DNA of 33,961 nt, taken from NCBI RefSeq assembly GCF_001194135.2, contig NC_068986.1, forward strand, positions 97,243,191-97,277,151, given 5' to 3'. A program made the translations under genes and the position numbers. Below are positions 12,338-22,195 of the stretch, piece after piece. Source of the DNA: Octopus bimaculoides (Eukaryota). The notes under the pieces were generated by a model that had not been told where the DNA came from, did not search any database, and was given only the letters and a program-made list of their open reading frames with translations. Within the stretch, counting starts at the first letter, position 1. Every line of letters begins with the position of its first letter.

Positions 12338-12897
12338 GTTGTTGGTGTCGGCACTCCGTCGCTTACGACGTCAAGGGTTCCAGTTGATCCGATCAACAGA
12401 ACAGCCTGCTCGTGAAATTAACGTGCAAGTGGCTGAGCACTCCACAGACACGTGTACCCTTAACGTAGTTCTCGGGGATATTCAGCGTGACACAGTGTGA
12501 CAAGGCTGACCCTTTGAATTACAGGCAAAACAGAAACAGGAAGTAAGAGAAAGTTGTGGTGGAAGAGTACAGCAGGGTTCGCCACCATCCCCTGCCGGAG
12601 CCNNNNNNNNNNGCACTCCACAGACACGTGTACCCTTAACGTAGTTCTCGGGGATATTCAGCGTGACACAGTGTGACAAGGCTGACCCTTTGAATTACAG
12701 GCAAAACAGAAACAGGAAGTAAGAGAAAGTTGTGGTGGAAGAGTACAGCAGGGTTCGCCACCATCCCCTGCCGGAGCCTCGTGGAGCTTTAGGTGTTTTC
12801 GCTCAATAAACACTCACAACGCCCGGTCTGGGAATCGAAACCGCAATCCTATGACCTCGAGTCCGCTGCTCTAACCACTGGGCCATTGCGACTCCAC
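12338..12897 (-). mobile_element. SINE-C, young full-length copy with 11-bp TSD; length inflated by a gap-flanking duplication
   Basis: Head TGGCCCAGTGGTTAG (A box) ... GGTTTCGATTCCC (B box), tRNA-Arg-like; (AAC)-type tail. TSD TAAATAGACAT at 12327-12337 and 12898-12908. May be one of the published octopus OR-type SINEs (unverified). Confidence 0.9.
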
Positions 12898-13079
12898 TAA
12901 ATAGACATACGTACGTATATATATACAACATTCACACACGCTCACTTATATTTATACAGACTCACACGCACCTTCACATATACACATATACTTTTGCCTT
13001 CACATATGCAGCCACGTTTACCCTCACCATGCACACACACACTAGCATACTTACCTGGACACACATATGCTCACTCACA

Positions 13080-13297
13080 TACGAGGGAGTGCTGAACATT
13101 TCCTGGTCTTAATGGAGTCGCCGAAAGGCCGGGCTGGAGGTCCAACCTTTCGTGCCTTTGACAGAGCATGGAAAAACTGAAGGGCCGCTGCAATAAGTGT
13201 ATGAATCTGAGAGGGGAACATGTTGAATAAAATCATAATTAACTGCTCCCACTGTATTTTCTTTTATCTAGAGCCAGGAACTTTTCAGCATCCACTA
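13080..13297 (+). mobile_element. Mariner-derived MITE / deletion derivative
   Basis: Left end TA-CGAGGGAGTGCTGAACATTTCCTGG; right end CCAGGAACTTTTCAGCATCCAC is its imperfect reverse complement. 13168-13230 encodes MEKLKGRCNKCMNLRGEHVE*, like the mariner C-terminal ..RW.KC...G.YVE. Confidence 0.8.
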
Positions 13298-13734
13298 AAC
13301 AAACATACTTCCGTCATGACACAAACACCTGGTAACTTACGTACTAACATACAAAACTAGAGGCGCTCACACACATATATATATATATATACATGCACTT
13401 ACACACAAATATACGATCGCTTTCCTACGACACCCACCCACATATACACTGACTTATAGACACATATTAGCTCATTCACCCACGTCATACACCTACGTAA
13501 TATCACATGATTACTCGCATACATAAACATGTTCAGACACATACAAACGCATGCTCACCNNNNNNNNNNNNNNNNNACACACATAAATTTACTCACCTAC
13601 ATAGACACATATACGTTTGTTTACAATCACACACACCGCGCCCCCCCACACACTATTTCACATATTTATTCATGCTTTCATGAGTGTTCAAAAAAAAAAA
13701 AAATTGACGCTGCCATTGGTATCTACTTATAACT

Positions 13735-14092
13735 ATTTCCAGTACTGATACAAGGTCTGCAATTTTAAGTGGGTGGAGAATAGTCGATGTCATCGACGCG
13801 CGTGCTATATTTTATCGGCCATGTTTGGACGAAAGCATAATTGATCTCAGAGTACTTAAAACTAGGAACACAAAGAGCTGAAACAAATAACGCAAGGAAC
13901 TTTTTCCCGACACTCTTTTGATTGTATCTGTCACACGGCCAGGAATTTTAGGGTAAGGATTAAGTTGATTACTATGAGCTCAGTGTTCAACTGATATTTA
14001 ATTCATCGACTCCAATAGATTGAAATGTAAAGTCGACCTCGGTGGAATTTCATTTCAGAGCATGAAGACTGGCGAAATACCGCTAAGCCTTT
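13735..14092 (-). mobile_element. Two degenerate SINE-A copies (about 13735-13915 and 13930-14092)
   Basis: AAAGTCGACCTCGGTGGAATTT and GCGAAATACCGCTAAG match the SINE-A body; the first copy is heavily diverged. Confidence 0.7.
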
Positions 14093-14098
14093 TCTTCT

Positions 14099-14099
14099 C

Positions 14100-14136
<37 letters not shown>

Positions 14137-14157
14137 TAATAATAATAATGATAATAA
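14099..14157 (+). repeat. (TAA)n microsatellite
   Basis: Direct reading. Confidence 0.95.
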
Positions 14158-16187
14158 CTGACATAACAAGCACAGAAATCTCAGCTCTTCATGGATTGAT
14201 TATAAAAAAGCCTTTGACAACATACCACATTCGTGGATTCTGAAATCGCTGGACATTTTCAAAATTTCTCCTGTGATTTCAGATTCTTTAACGTATGTCA
14301 CTATGGAACACGAAGCTCCAATTATATCATTCTAATGGAGTATTACACTCAAACAATATAAGCATAAACTGTGGCATTTTCCAAGGTGAATCATTTTCAC
14401 CATTAATTTTCTGCAGAGCACTAATACCACTCTCAAGTGGACTGAATAGACAACAGGAAAATAAGCCATCTATTTTATATGGATGATTTAAAACTATATG
14501 GCAAAGATGATGAAGAGCTTGAAAGACTACTACATACTGTGAAAGTATTCAGTGATGATATCGGGATGGAGTTTGGCCTTGAAAAGTGTGCCAAAGCCAC
14601 TTTTAAGAAATGGAAACTGGTAAAGTCATGTTCAATCGAATTAGATGTCGAAACAGTAATGAAGGAACTTGAGCAGGAACAAACCTATAAATACCTAGGA
14701 ATAAATGAAAGCTCTAGTATCCAGCATGCTAACAGGAAAGAGAAGGTTAGGAAGGAATGCTATAGAAGAGTTCGATCAGTTCTGAAGTCTGGGCTGAATG
14801 CATATAAAAAGGTGTTAGCCATAAATTCCTTAGCAGTCCTAGTTGTTTTTTATAGCTTCAATGTGCTTAACTGGAATACCAGTGAAATAATGAAAATTGA
14901 TAGAAAAATCCGCAAGCTACTGATTTGTAATAGGATGCACGTGGATCACCTTTACCTTTCCAGAGCTAAGGGAGGTCGAGGCTTGATCCAGCTTGAACTT
15001 ACGTACGAAACCGCCACAACCGGACTGGCGAAATGCCTTGAAACAGCCAACGATTGGATGCTAAAACTTGTTGAAAAACATGAAAGACCGAAAAAACTTC
15101 ACTCTATTCTGAAAGAGAGCAACACATTCGCTACTGATCTCTTAGATACCTACCAGATTGATAAGGTTGAAGGAAATACGCCAACTACTGCTGCAAAGAA
15201 AATAAAATTAATTGCAAGGACAAAAGTACATGAAAAATTAGCTAGCAGATGAGAACAGAAACCTCTGCATGGCAACTACGTGGCCTGTAGTAAACAAGTT
15301 GATGTCAGCCAGAAACACACTCATCAATAGTTATGAAGCTCAGGGCTAAAATCAGAGAGTGAAGTTTTCATATTAGCTGCTCAAGACCAAAGCTTATTAA
15401 CCCGGAACTACCAAGCCAATGTGATAAAAAATGGAACTGACCCAAAATGCTGATTGTGTAACGATGCAATTGAAACTATAGACCACCTAATCTCAGGGTG
15501 TAGAGTCTTAGCACCTGTAGGATACAAAGCAAGACATAGATGGCCAGTATTTACACTGATGGAATCAATATGTCGGCATTATAAAATGAAATGCGCTGAC
15601 AAATGGTATAAACACCATACTGAAGCTGTGACTGAGGGAGAAAATGTATCGATTCTCTGGGACTTCCCCGTACATACCGACAAGGCTATAAAAGCTAATA
15701 AACCGGATATTATTATAAAAGATCAGACAAAGAAGATGTGTTTATTAGTTGACATGAGTATTCCCTGCGATCATAATATAGCGGCGAAAGAATTTGACAA
15801 GATCAGTAAATATAAAGATTTGCTAATAGAAATTGAAACAATGTGACACCTCAAGGTGACTACCGTACCAGTGATTGTAGGATCTCTAGGAATGATAAAA
15901 AAAAAGGTACTGAAACCTATTTGAAAATGATACCAGGCTTACCATCCCTACAGGAAGTGCAAAAAATCGTGTTAACTGGAACGACTCATGTACTGAGAAG
16001 AGCATTATCGCTGTGAAAACAACATCCATTCATGTATTTATTTATTTATTAATTTTTGTTCAATACATATTTTACGTGGGAATTTTCGTGTGTAAACTGG
16101 GAATGTATACAATGAACTTCTCTGTCCTAGGTGTACGGCGAGAAATGGAAGAAATGGAAGAAAATTTGAAGAAAGAAAAATAACATG
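14158..16187 (+). mobile_element. 5'-truncated R4/Dong-clade element: RT, CCHC zinc knuckle, restriction-like endonuclease, 3' UTR
   Basis: WIDYKKAFD (~14192), GIFQGES, YMDDLKLY (14476), YKYLG, GGRGL, C*LC..ETIDHLISGC (~15448), ILWDF..NKPDII..LVD..EFDKISKY, PVIVGSLG, GTTHVLRR, stop at 16014-16016. Several in-frame stops and frameshifts. Confidence 0.93.
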
Positions 16188-16267
16188 ATAATAATAATGA
16201 TTATAATAATAACAGTAATAATAATAATGATGAAGACGATGATGATAATAATAATAATGATAATAAC

Positions 16268-16343
<76 letters not shown>
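16188..16343 (+). repeat. (TAA)n microsatellite, degenerate 5' half
   Basis: Direct reading. Confidence 0.95.
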
Positions 16344-16345
<2 letters not shown>

Positions 16346-17661
16346 AGTTGATTAAAGAAATTGAGATCGAAGGTTACAAATACCTTGGTGTACTAGAGTT
16401 CAGGGAGATAATAGAGAAGGCAATGAAAGAGCAACTGAGGATTGAATATTTCCGAAGACTAAGGTTGGTGTTGCGTTCAAAATTGACTGCAGGGAATAAA
16501 ATCCAACCAGTTCATACGTGAGCGATAGTATGACTTTGGTATGGAGCGGGAATTATAAAATGGCAGAAGAAGGAAGTGATGAAAATGGGTATCAAAACCA
16601 GTAAAAATGTTTAGTGTACATAGAACTTTCCACCCGAAGATTGACACCGTTAGCCTGTACTTGCCCAGAAGAAAGTGTGGGAAAGTTTTGATCAGTTGCC
16701 AGCAGCAGAAAACAGCTTAGGGTGTTATATAATTAATGCCATGAAGCCATTTTTGAAACATACGAAGAAGGCCGGTGTCATCAAAATTGTGTAATGAAAG
16801 AAAAATATTATTAAGAAATAAAAACAAGACAAGAAAAAGCATGGAAGGACAAGAAAATACGGTCAGTTTGCAAGAGATGTGAACACCAAGACGGATACAG
16901 AGGACCGGTGGCTATGGACGAGGAGGAGCGACCTGAAGATAGAGACAGAAGCACTCATATCCGCCACTCAAGAACAAGCCTTAAGGAACAACTATGTGAA
17001 GCGCAGAATAGACAATACAACCGATAGCGACAAATGCAGAATGTGTGGTGAGAGGGATGAAACATTATGGCACATCGTTAGCGAATGCTCAAAATACAAA
17101 CGGCGCCATGACAATGTGCAAGAATGATGCACTGGGAGCTCTGGAAATCACGGCCTACAAAGTATAAAGACTTGGTATAAGCAAACCCCAGAAAGAGTTA
17201 CCGATAATGGGAATTGCAAGATCCTGTGCGATGCAATGATTCATGGCGATCACCTGCCTAAATATCGGAAAGCGGACATTGTTGTGGTGAACGAAAAAGA
17301 AAGAACATGCATAATAATCGGCATAGCATACGCAGGTGACAACAGGATCAATGTGAATCAAGAAAAAATAAACAAGTATGACAATTTGGAGTGGGAAATA
17401 CGAAGGTTGTGGTCAATGAGGAGAATAGTAATCTGTGCACATGGAAGTATCAGCACTCAACTACCAGCATGGTTGAGAAAGACTGGTGCTAGCGTGAAGG
17501 TAGAACATCTAAAAAAACATCAGCATTGCTTGAAACCGCAAGAATTTTTCGCAGGGTTTTTTGAAGCAGCATCAGTAAACAAGTGTCACCTTAGTCTGCT
17601 GGTTGTGGGCAGGCAACACTTTCCGTCATACTCAGCAAAATAAGCCGAGAGTTTTCTTAAC
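16344..17661 (+). mobile_element. 5'-truncated decayed R4/Dong-clade element (post-RT region, CCHC, RLE, 3' UTR), related to the 210-2255 copy
   Basis: YKYLG, EYFRRL, LKIETEALI.A.QEQAL..NY, CRMCGERDETLWHIVSEC (~17035), YKRRHD, KADIVVV, KINKY. Shares GAGGATTGAATATTTCCGAAGACT exactly with ~2030-2053. Confidence 0.9.
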
Positions 17662-17719
<58 letters not shown>

Positions 17720-17724
17720 TAATA
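17662..17724 (+). repeat. (TAA)n microsatellite
   Basis: Direct reading. Confidence 0.95.
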
Positions 17725-18470
17725 ATCGATCATGTTGTCTCCATGTGCAGTTTGCTTGCGCCTACAGAGTATCTCAACAGGCATGATAGAGCTGCACAAT
17801 GTATTCACTGGGTAATTTGCAAAAATCTGGACTTGCCCCATAATAAAAACTGGTGGGAACACAAACCACCCCCAGTACTTGAAAATGATCACATTGCACT
17901 CCTCTGGAACTTCACCATTCAAACTGACAGAAAGATAGATGCAAATAGGCCAGACATCATNNNNNNNNNNNNNNNNNNNNNNNNNNNNNNNNNNNNNNNN
18001 NNNNNNNNNNNNNNNNNNNNNNNNNNNNNNNNNNNNNNNNNNNNNNNNNNNNNNNNNNNNNNNNNNNNNNNNNNNNNNNNNNNNNNNNNNNNNNNNNNNN
18101 NNNNNNNNNNNNNNNNNNNNNNNNNNNNNNNNNNNNNNNNNNNNNNNNNNNNNNNNNNNNNNNNNNNNNNNNNNNNNNNNNNNNNNNNNNNNNNNNNNNN
18201 NNNNNNNNNNNNNNNNNNNNNNNNNNNNNNNNNNNNNNNNNNNNNNNNNNNNNNNNNNNNNNNNNNNNNNNNNNNNNNNNNNNNNNNNNNNNNNNNNNNN
18301 NNNNNNNNNNNNNNNNNNNNNNNNNNNNNNNNNGAACAACACTGTACAAATTCAAATATATGGTACCCTAGGCATACCACCTACATGAACTTCTAACTTG
18401 TTGTCTCTTGAGGTCTCTGGGTGAGACTTGGATCCAACTTGTACAAATGCAAAGCAAAAATCAAACATAA
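17725..18470 (+). mobile_element. 5'-truncated R4/Dong-clade element (CCHC end + RLE + 3' UTR), gap 17961-18333
   Basis: Uninterrupted IDHVVSMC..EYLNRHD..IHW..WWEHKP...LLWNFTIQTDRKIDANRPDI, then 3' UTR and (TAA)n 18471-18518. Confidence 0.92.
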
Positions 18471-18505
<35 letters not shown>

Positions 18506-18518
18506 TAATAATAATAAT

Positions 18519-18617
18519 AGTAAACATAAGAGCACCACAGCAAACCACAGCACATACCCAAGGCGCACAGAGCTGCGCTCGGTAGTGAAGTGAAAGCACG
18601 TTATAAAAATAAAACTA

Positions 18618-18622
<5 letters not shown>
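18519..18622 (+). mobile_element. Extremely 5'-truncated R4/Dong copy (3' UTR only), followed by (TAA)n to 18675
   Basis: 103/104 nt identical to 4-107; (TAA)n on both sides. Confidence 0.75.
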
Positions 18623-18675
<53 letters not shown>

Positions 18676-18678
<3 letters not shown>

Positions 18679-19252
18679 TCTTTTATTAGTCACAAGGGCC
18701 GAAAGCAAAACAAATAGCAACAATACAAGGACGGGTAGTGTTTGAACAATACCATGTATAAAATAAATAACAATAACAATTAATAAAGCAACGAAACAAA
18801 AATTCTGTAAAAAGGGTGACTTCTTCACAGGGACAACCGAGGAACCCCACACATCTTGGTTATATCCCGACCACCAGGTGCACCTCAGCTCTTCCGCTTT
18901 AGAAGCATGGGCTATCCTCGCAACAGTCACTTACCTTTCAACAAATTTACTGGGGTGGGGTGGGGAAGAACTTTCCTCTCTACTCTCACTTTCCTTTTCG
19001 AGTCGAACTTGAAAAAGTCGATGAGGGCTTGACCGAAGAGGAAAATATCTGCCATCAGTTCTTTCACTCTCGTCCACCACACTACCGACTTCGCCATAAC
19101 CACCAGACAGAGGATAACTGCCTTTCCTTCCCGGCCAAAGGTAGACGGCGGGTCGATCTTCACGATGGACTCAGGTAGTAACCGGATCCGCCCTGCACGC
19201 GTCAACAGCTGTTTGACAAAGCTCCACAAGTCATTAATGCACGGATACTGGA
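18676..19252 (-). mobile_element. 3' end of an L1/Tx1-clade LINE (ORF2 C-terminus + 3' UTR)
   Basis: On -: IQYPCINDLWSFVKQLL..ESIVKIDPP..CLVVMAKSVVWWTR..FFKF..RKVRVER..VTVARIA. This resembles the post-zinc-knuckle helical region of L1/Tx1 ORF2. T-rich 3' UTR ends AATAAAAGAAAG. Clade call is from motif memory; RT domain absent. Confidence 0.65.
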
Positions 19253-19293
<41 letters not shown>

Positions 19294-19345
19294 GTTGTTG
19301 TAGTAGCTGTAGTAGTAATAGTAGTAGAAGTAGTTGTTGTAATAA
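19253..19345. repeat. (TTA)n then degenerate (GTA/GTT)n
   Basis: Direct reading. Confidence 0.9.
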
Positions 19346-19842
19346 TAGTATGTATAACATCCAGTGCTACATTTAAGCAGCGTTGCCTCCTGTTTTAAGC
19401 CGATGCTTTTGGCTGTGATTTCAGTGGGATCTGTCTGATATTTCTAGCAGGTCAATCATGTTTGATAAAAGAGAAACTTTGTTGCAATTCTAAACAGGTC
19501 GTACCACATAGGCAGAAAGTACATGTTTTGCTCGGAAATTATCACATATCTCCGCTATAGCAGTCTCTCTCATATGAATGCTGACACTTTTACAACAGCA
19601 GGAGAGAGAAAATCAATATGTTCCCCACTATACACATGCTCTTTGGCAAAACTTAATTGCTCGCCTTAATTAAACTCAAATACTGGCTAATTAATACTGG
19701 CTAATTAATGCTGCAAATTAGTGAAAATTTTAAAGAATTTAAAAAAAAAGTTAAGTACGGATCCAAACCTCCTTTGCATTTATCTATTTATTTATTTATT
19801 TATTTATTTATTTCTTTATTCACTTTCTTTTTTTGTTTCAGT

Positions 19843-19990
19843 CATTTTCGGACTGTGGCCCCGATAGAACATCGTTTTTAAGGGTTTTCAGTCAATGATA
19901 TCGGTTTCACTACTTAACCGTTATTTATTTTATGGACCACTTCTTATCGTATGACAGTCCATTCCCATTACTTTTGTTCGATGCACAGTT
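19843..19990 (-). mobile_element. Highly degenerate SINE-B 3' half
   Basis: TTTCAGTCATT..ACTGTGGCC..AAGGGTTTTCAGTC resembles other SINE-B tails; (CA)n follows at 20017-20087. Confidence 0.5.
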
Positions 19991-20016
19991 ATTTATCGAC
20001 ATTTTTCGTTGTTATA

Positions 20017-20017
20017 T

Positions 20018-20090
<73 letters not shown>

Positions 20091-20205
20091 GACGTATATA
20101 TGTTTGCATATACATGTGTATGTATGTGTGTATGTATGTGTGCTTATATGCGTGCCTCGGTGTGTGTGTGTGTGTGTATGTGTGTGTATGTGTGTGTGTG
20201 TTTGT
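20017..20205. repeat. (CA)n followed by (TG/TATG)n
   Basis: Direct reading. Confidence 0.95.
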
Positions 20206-20489
20206 AATTCAGCTGATCCAGTTGATTGTTACTCCAGGGTTTTCCCAGTATCAGGAAAGCTTCATGGTAACATTTAACTCGATCAAACTTGATCAGCTGA
20301 AATAGATTATCATAGTCTACAAATATACTACGCACTGTCTTGCTCGTTCGTTAATATCAATCGATATCTGTGCATATAGGGGTTGCGTATCGAATACCTT
20401 ACCCACGATGTTTGTGTATTTATTTAAAATACTTAATATATAATAACTAAAATAATGGGTTGTGATTTAAAAATTTTTGTATCATTTAT

Positions 20490-20703
20490 TTGTTTCTGTC
20501 ATTTGCGTACGGCCATGCTGGAGCTCCATCTTGCAGGATTTTAGGCTTCTTTCAGTTTCCGTCTACCAAATCCACTCATAAGGATTTGGTCAGCCCAAGG
20601 CTATAGTAGAAGACACTTACCAAAGGAGCAACGCAGTGGGACTGAACTCGGACCCATGTGGTTGGGAAGCAAGTTTCTTACCATAGAGTCACGCCTGCGC
20701 CTA
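20490..20703 (-). mobile_element. SINE-B with a large internal deletion (no microsatellite)
   Basis: Head AGGCGCAGGCGTG and core ..GTAGACGGAAACTGAAAGAAGCC joined directly to the GGAGCTCCAGCATGGCCG tail. Confidence 0.85.
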
Positions 20704-20714
20704 TGTCATGTCTA

Positions 20715-20920
20715 GTCCTAAGGCCAGCAGATTAGAAGGGATGGTGAGTGGTTGATACCATTAACTCTAGTACTTGACTAGTATTTTATGTAACGGCACC
20801 GAATGAATGAAAGGCGAGCCTGAGTTCAGTAGGATGTGATTTTAGAACTTAAAGGACGAGAATAATTACTGCAAAGTATTTTCTATGACGCACCACCGCT
20901 TCTGCCAGCTCGCTGACTTA
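20715..20920 (-). mobile_element. Degenerate SINE-A
   Basis: TTCTGCCAGCTCGC head and GAATGAAAGGC body on +. Confidence 0.65.
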
Positions 20921-20924
20921 TGTT

Positions 20925-21590
20925 TTATGATTTAGGCACAAGATCATCAATTTCTAGGGGAACGATTAGTCCATACGATTGACTCTAGTATTTGACTGGT
21001 ACTTTACTTTAACGACTACGAAACAATGGAAAGCAAAGGCAGCGAACTGGCAGAAACGTTGGCACGCCGGGCGAAATGCTTAGCGGCATTTCGTCTGCTG
21101 TTACGTTCTGAGTTCAAATTCCGCCGAGGTCGACTTTGCCTTTCATCCTTTCGGGGTCGATAAATTAAGTACCAGTTACGTACTGGGGTCGATATAATCG
21201 ACTTAATCCGTTTGTCTGTCCTTGTTTGTCCCCTCTGTGTGTAGCCCCTTGTGGGCAGTAAAGAAATAGGCATTTCGTCTGCTGTTACGTTCTGAGTTCA
21301 AATTCCGCCAAGGTCGATTTTGCCTTTCATCCTTTCGGGGTCGATAAATTAAGTACCAGTTACGCACTGGGGTNNNNNNNNNNCAGTTACGCACTGGGGT
21401 TGATGTAATCGACTTAATCTCTTGTTTGTCCCCTCTATGTTTAGCCCCTTCTGGGCAATAAAGAAATAAGAAACAATGGAAAGCAAAGTTAGTCTCGGTG
21501 AAATTTGAACTCAGAATGCAAACAGAAGGGAGAAATATTGCAAGGCGTTTTGTCCGACGCTCTAACGATTCTGCCAATCTCCTACCCTAT
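20925..21590 (-). mobile_element. Old SINE-A (about 20925-21038 + 21489-21590) split by a young SINE-A insertion
   Basis: Removing the insert restores TTAACGACTACGAAACAATGGAAAGCAAAGTTAGTCTCGGTGAAATTTGAACTCAGAA, a diverged version of TTATCGACCCCGAAAGGATGAAAGGCAAAGTCGACCTCGGCGGAATTTGAACTCAGAA. Confidence 0.75.
21037..21469 (+). mobile_element. Young SINE-A dimer (full monomer + head-less monomer) with 19-bp TSD
   Basis: Near-consensus monomers about 21037-21269 and 21270-21469; TSD GAAACAATGGAAAGCAAAG at 21020-21038 and 21470-21488; 10-N gap inside. Confidence 0.9.
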
Positions 21591-21599
21591 ATAAGGGTA

Positions 21600-22195
21600 A
21601 CAACTTCTAATTTCGGCACAAAGTCAATAGTTTTGAGGGGAGGGGTTAATCAATACCACTGAGCGCAGTAATTGGTTGGCATTTTATTTTATTGAGCCTG
21701 AATGGGTGAAAGGCAAAGGTAACTTTGGCGAGATTTGAACTCACAACGTAAAGAGCCAGGTTTACTCCATTTCTGTAACGATTCTGCAAATACACCGATC
21801 TGTAAAGACATAATCCTTTCTATTATAGGCACAAAGCTTGAAATTTTGGGTGAGAAGACCAGTCAATTAGATCGACCTCAGTATGCAACTGGTACTTGAT
21901 TTAACGACCCCCGAAAGGATGAAAGGCGAAGTCGACTTCGGCGGAGTTTAAACTCAGAACATAGCGACAGGCGAAATACTGCTAAGCATTTCGTCCAGCA
22001 TGCTGACGATTGTGCCTGCTCACCACCTTGACCTGTATAGAAATAATCCTAAGGAGAATAGGGGTAAGTCGACTACATCGACCCCAGCGGTACTTATTTA
22101 ATCGGCCCCGAAAGGATAAAAGGCAAGGTCGACCTCGGCGGAATACCGCTAAGTATTTCGTCCAGCATGCTGACGATGTGCCAGCTCGCCGTCTT
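21600..22195 (-). mobile_element. Three tandem SINE-A copies (about 21600-21795, 21815-22029, 22040-22195)
   Basis: GAAAGGATGAAAGGCGAAGTCGACTTCGGCGG and GAAAGGATAAAAGGCAAGGTCGACCTCGGCGG bodies; third copy has an internal deletion. Confidence 0.85.

Noticed and set aside
12434-12778. Exact ~165-bp direct repeat inside SINE-C
   Set aside because: The copies flank a 10-N gap and the second SINE-C (26721-27102) has one copy; most likely unmerged contig overlap.
12820-12897. tRNA-Arg-like sequence (also 27025-27102, 30612-30695, 30928-31005)
   Set aside because: A/B boxes present but no complete cloverleaf visible, and they continue into SINE bodies: SINE heads, not tRNA genes.
9325-13100. Composite transposon between the two TACGAGGGAGT mariner ends
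   Set aside because: The ends face outward (right end at 9344, left end at 13080) and diverge after 11 bp.
210-17661. Idea that 210-2255 and 16344-17661 are halves of one split insertion
   Set aside because: They overlap by about 300 bp and are visibly diverged there; the second has its own (TAA)n 5' flank.
18622-19293. (TAA)n and (TTA)n flanking the Tx1-like fragment as terminal inverted repeats
   Set aside because: Simple repeats abundant in both orientations; the interior is a LINE 3' end. The opposite polarity also argues against a clean insertion into one tract.
19678-19712. AATACTGGCTAATT tandem duplication
   Set aside because: Trivial slippage duplication with no further structure.
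21356-21401. CAGTTACGCACTGGGGT duplicated
   Set aside because: Flanks a 10-N gap; assembly overlap. The ATAAGGATATATA duplication around gap 6946-7413 is probably the same.
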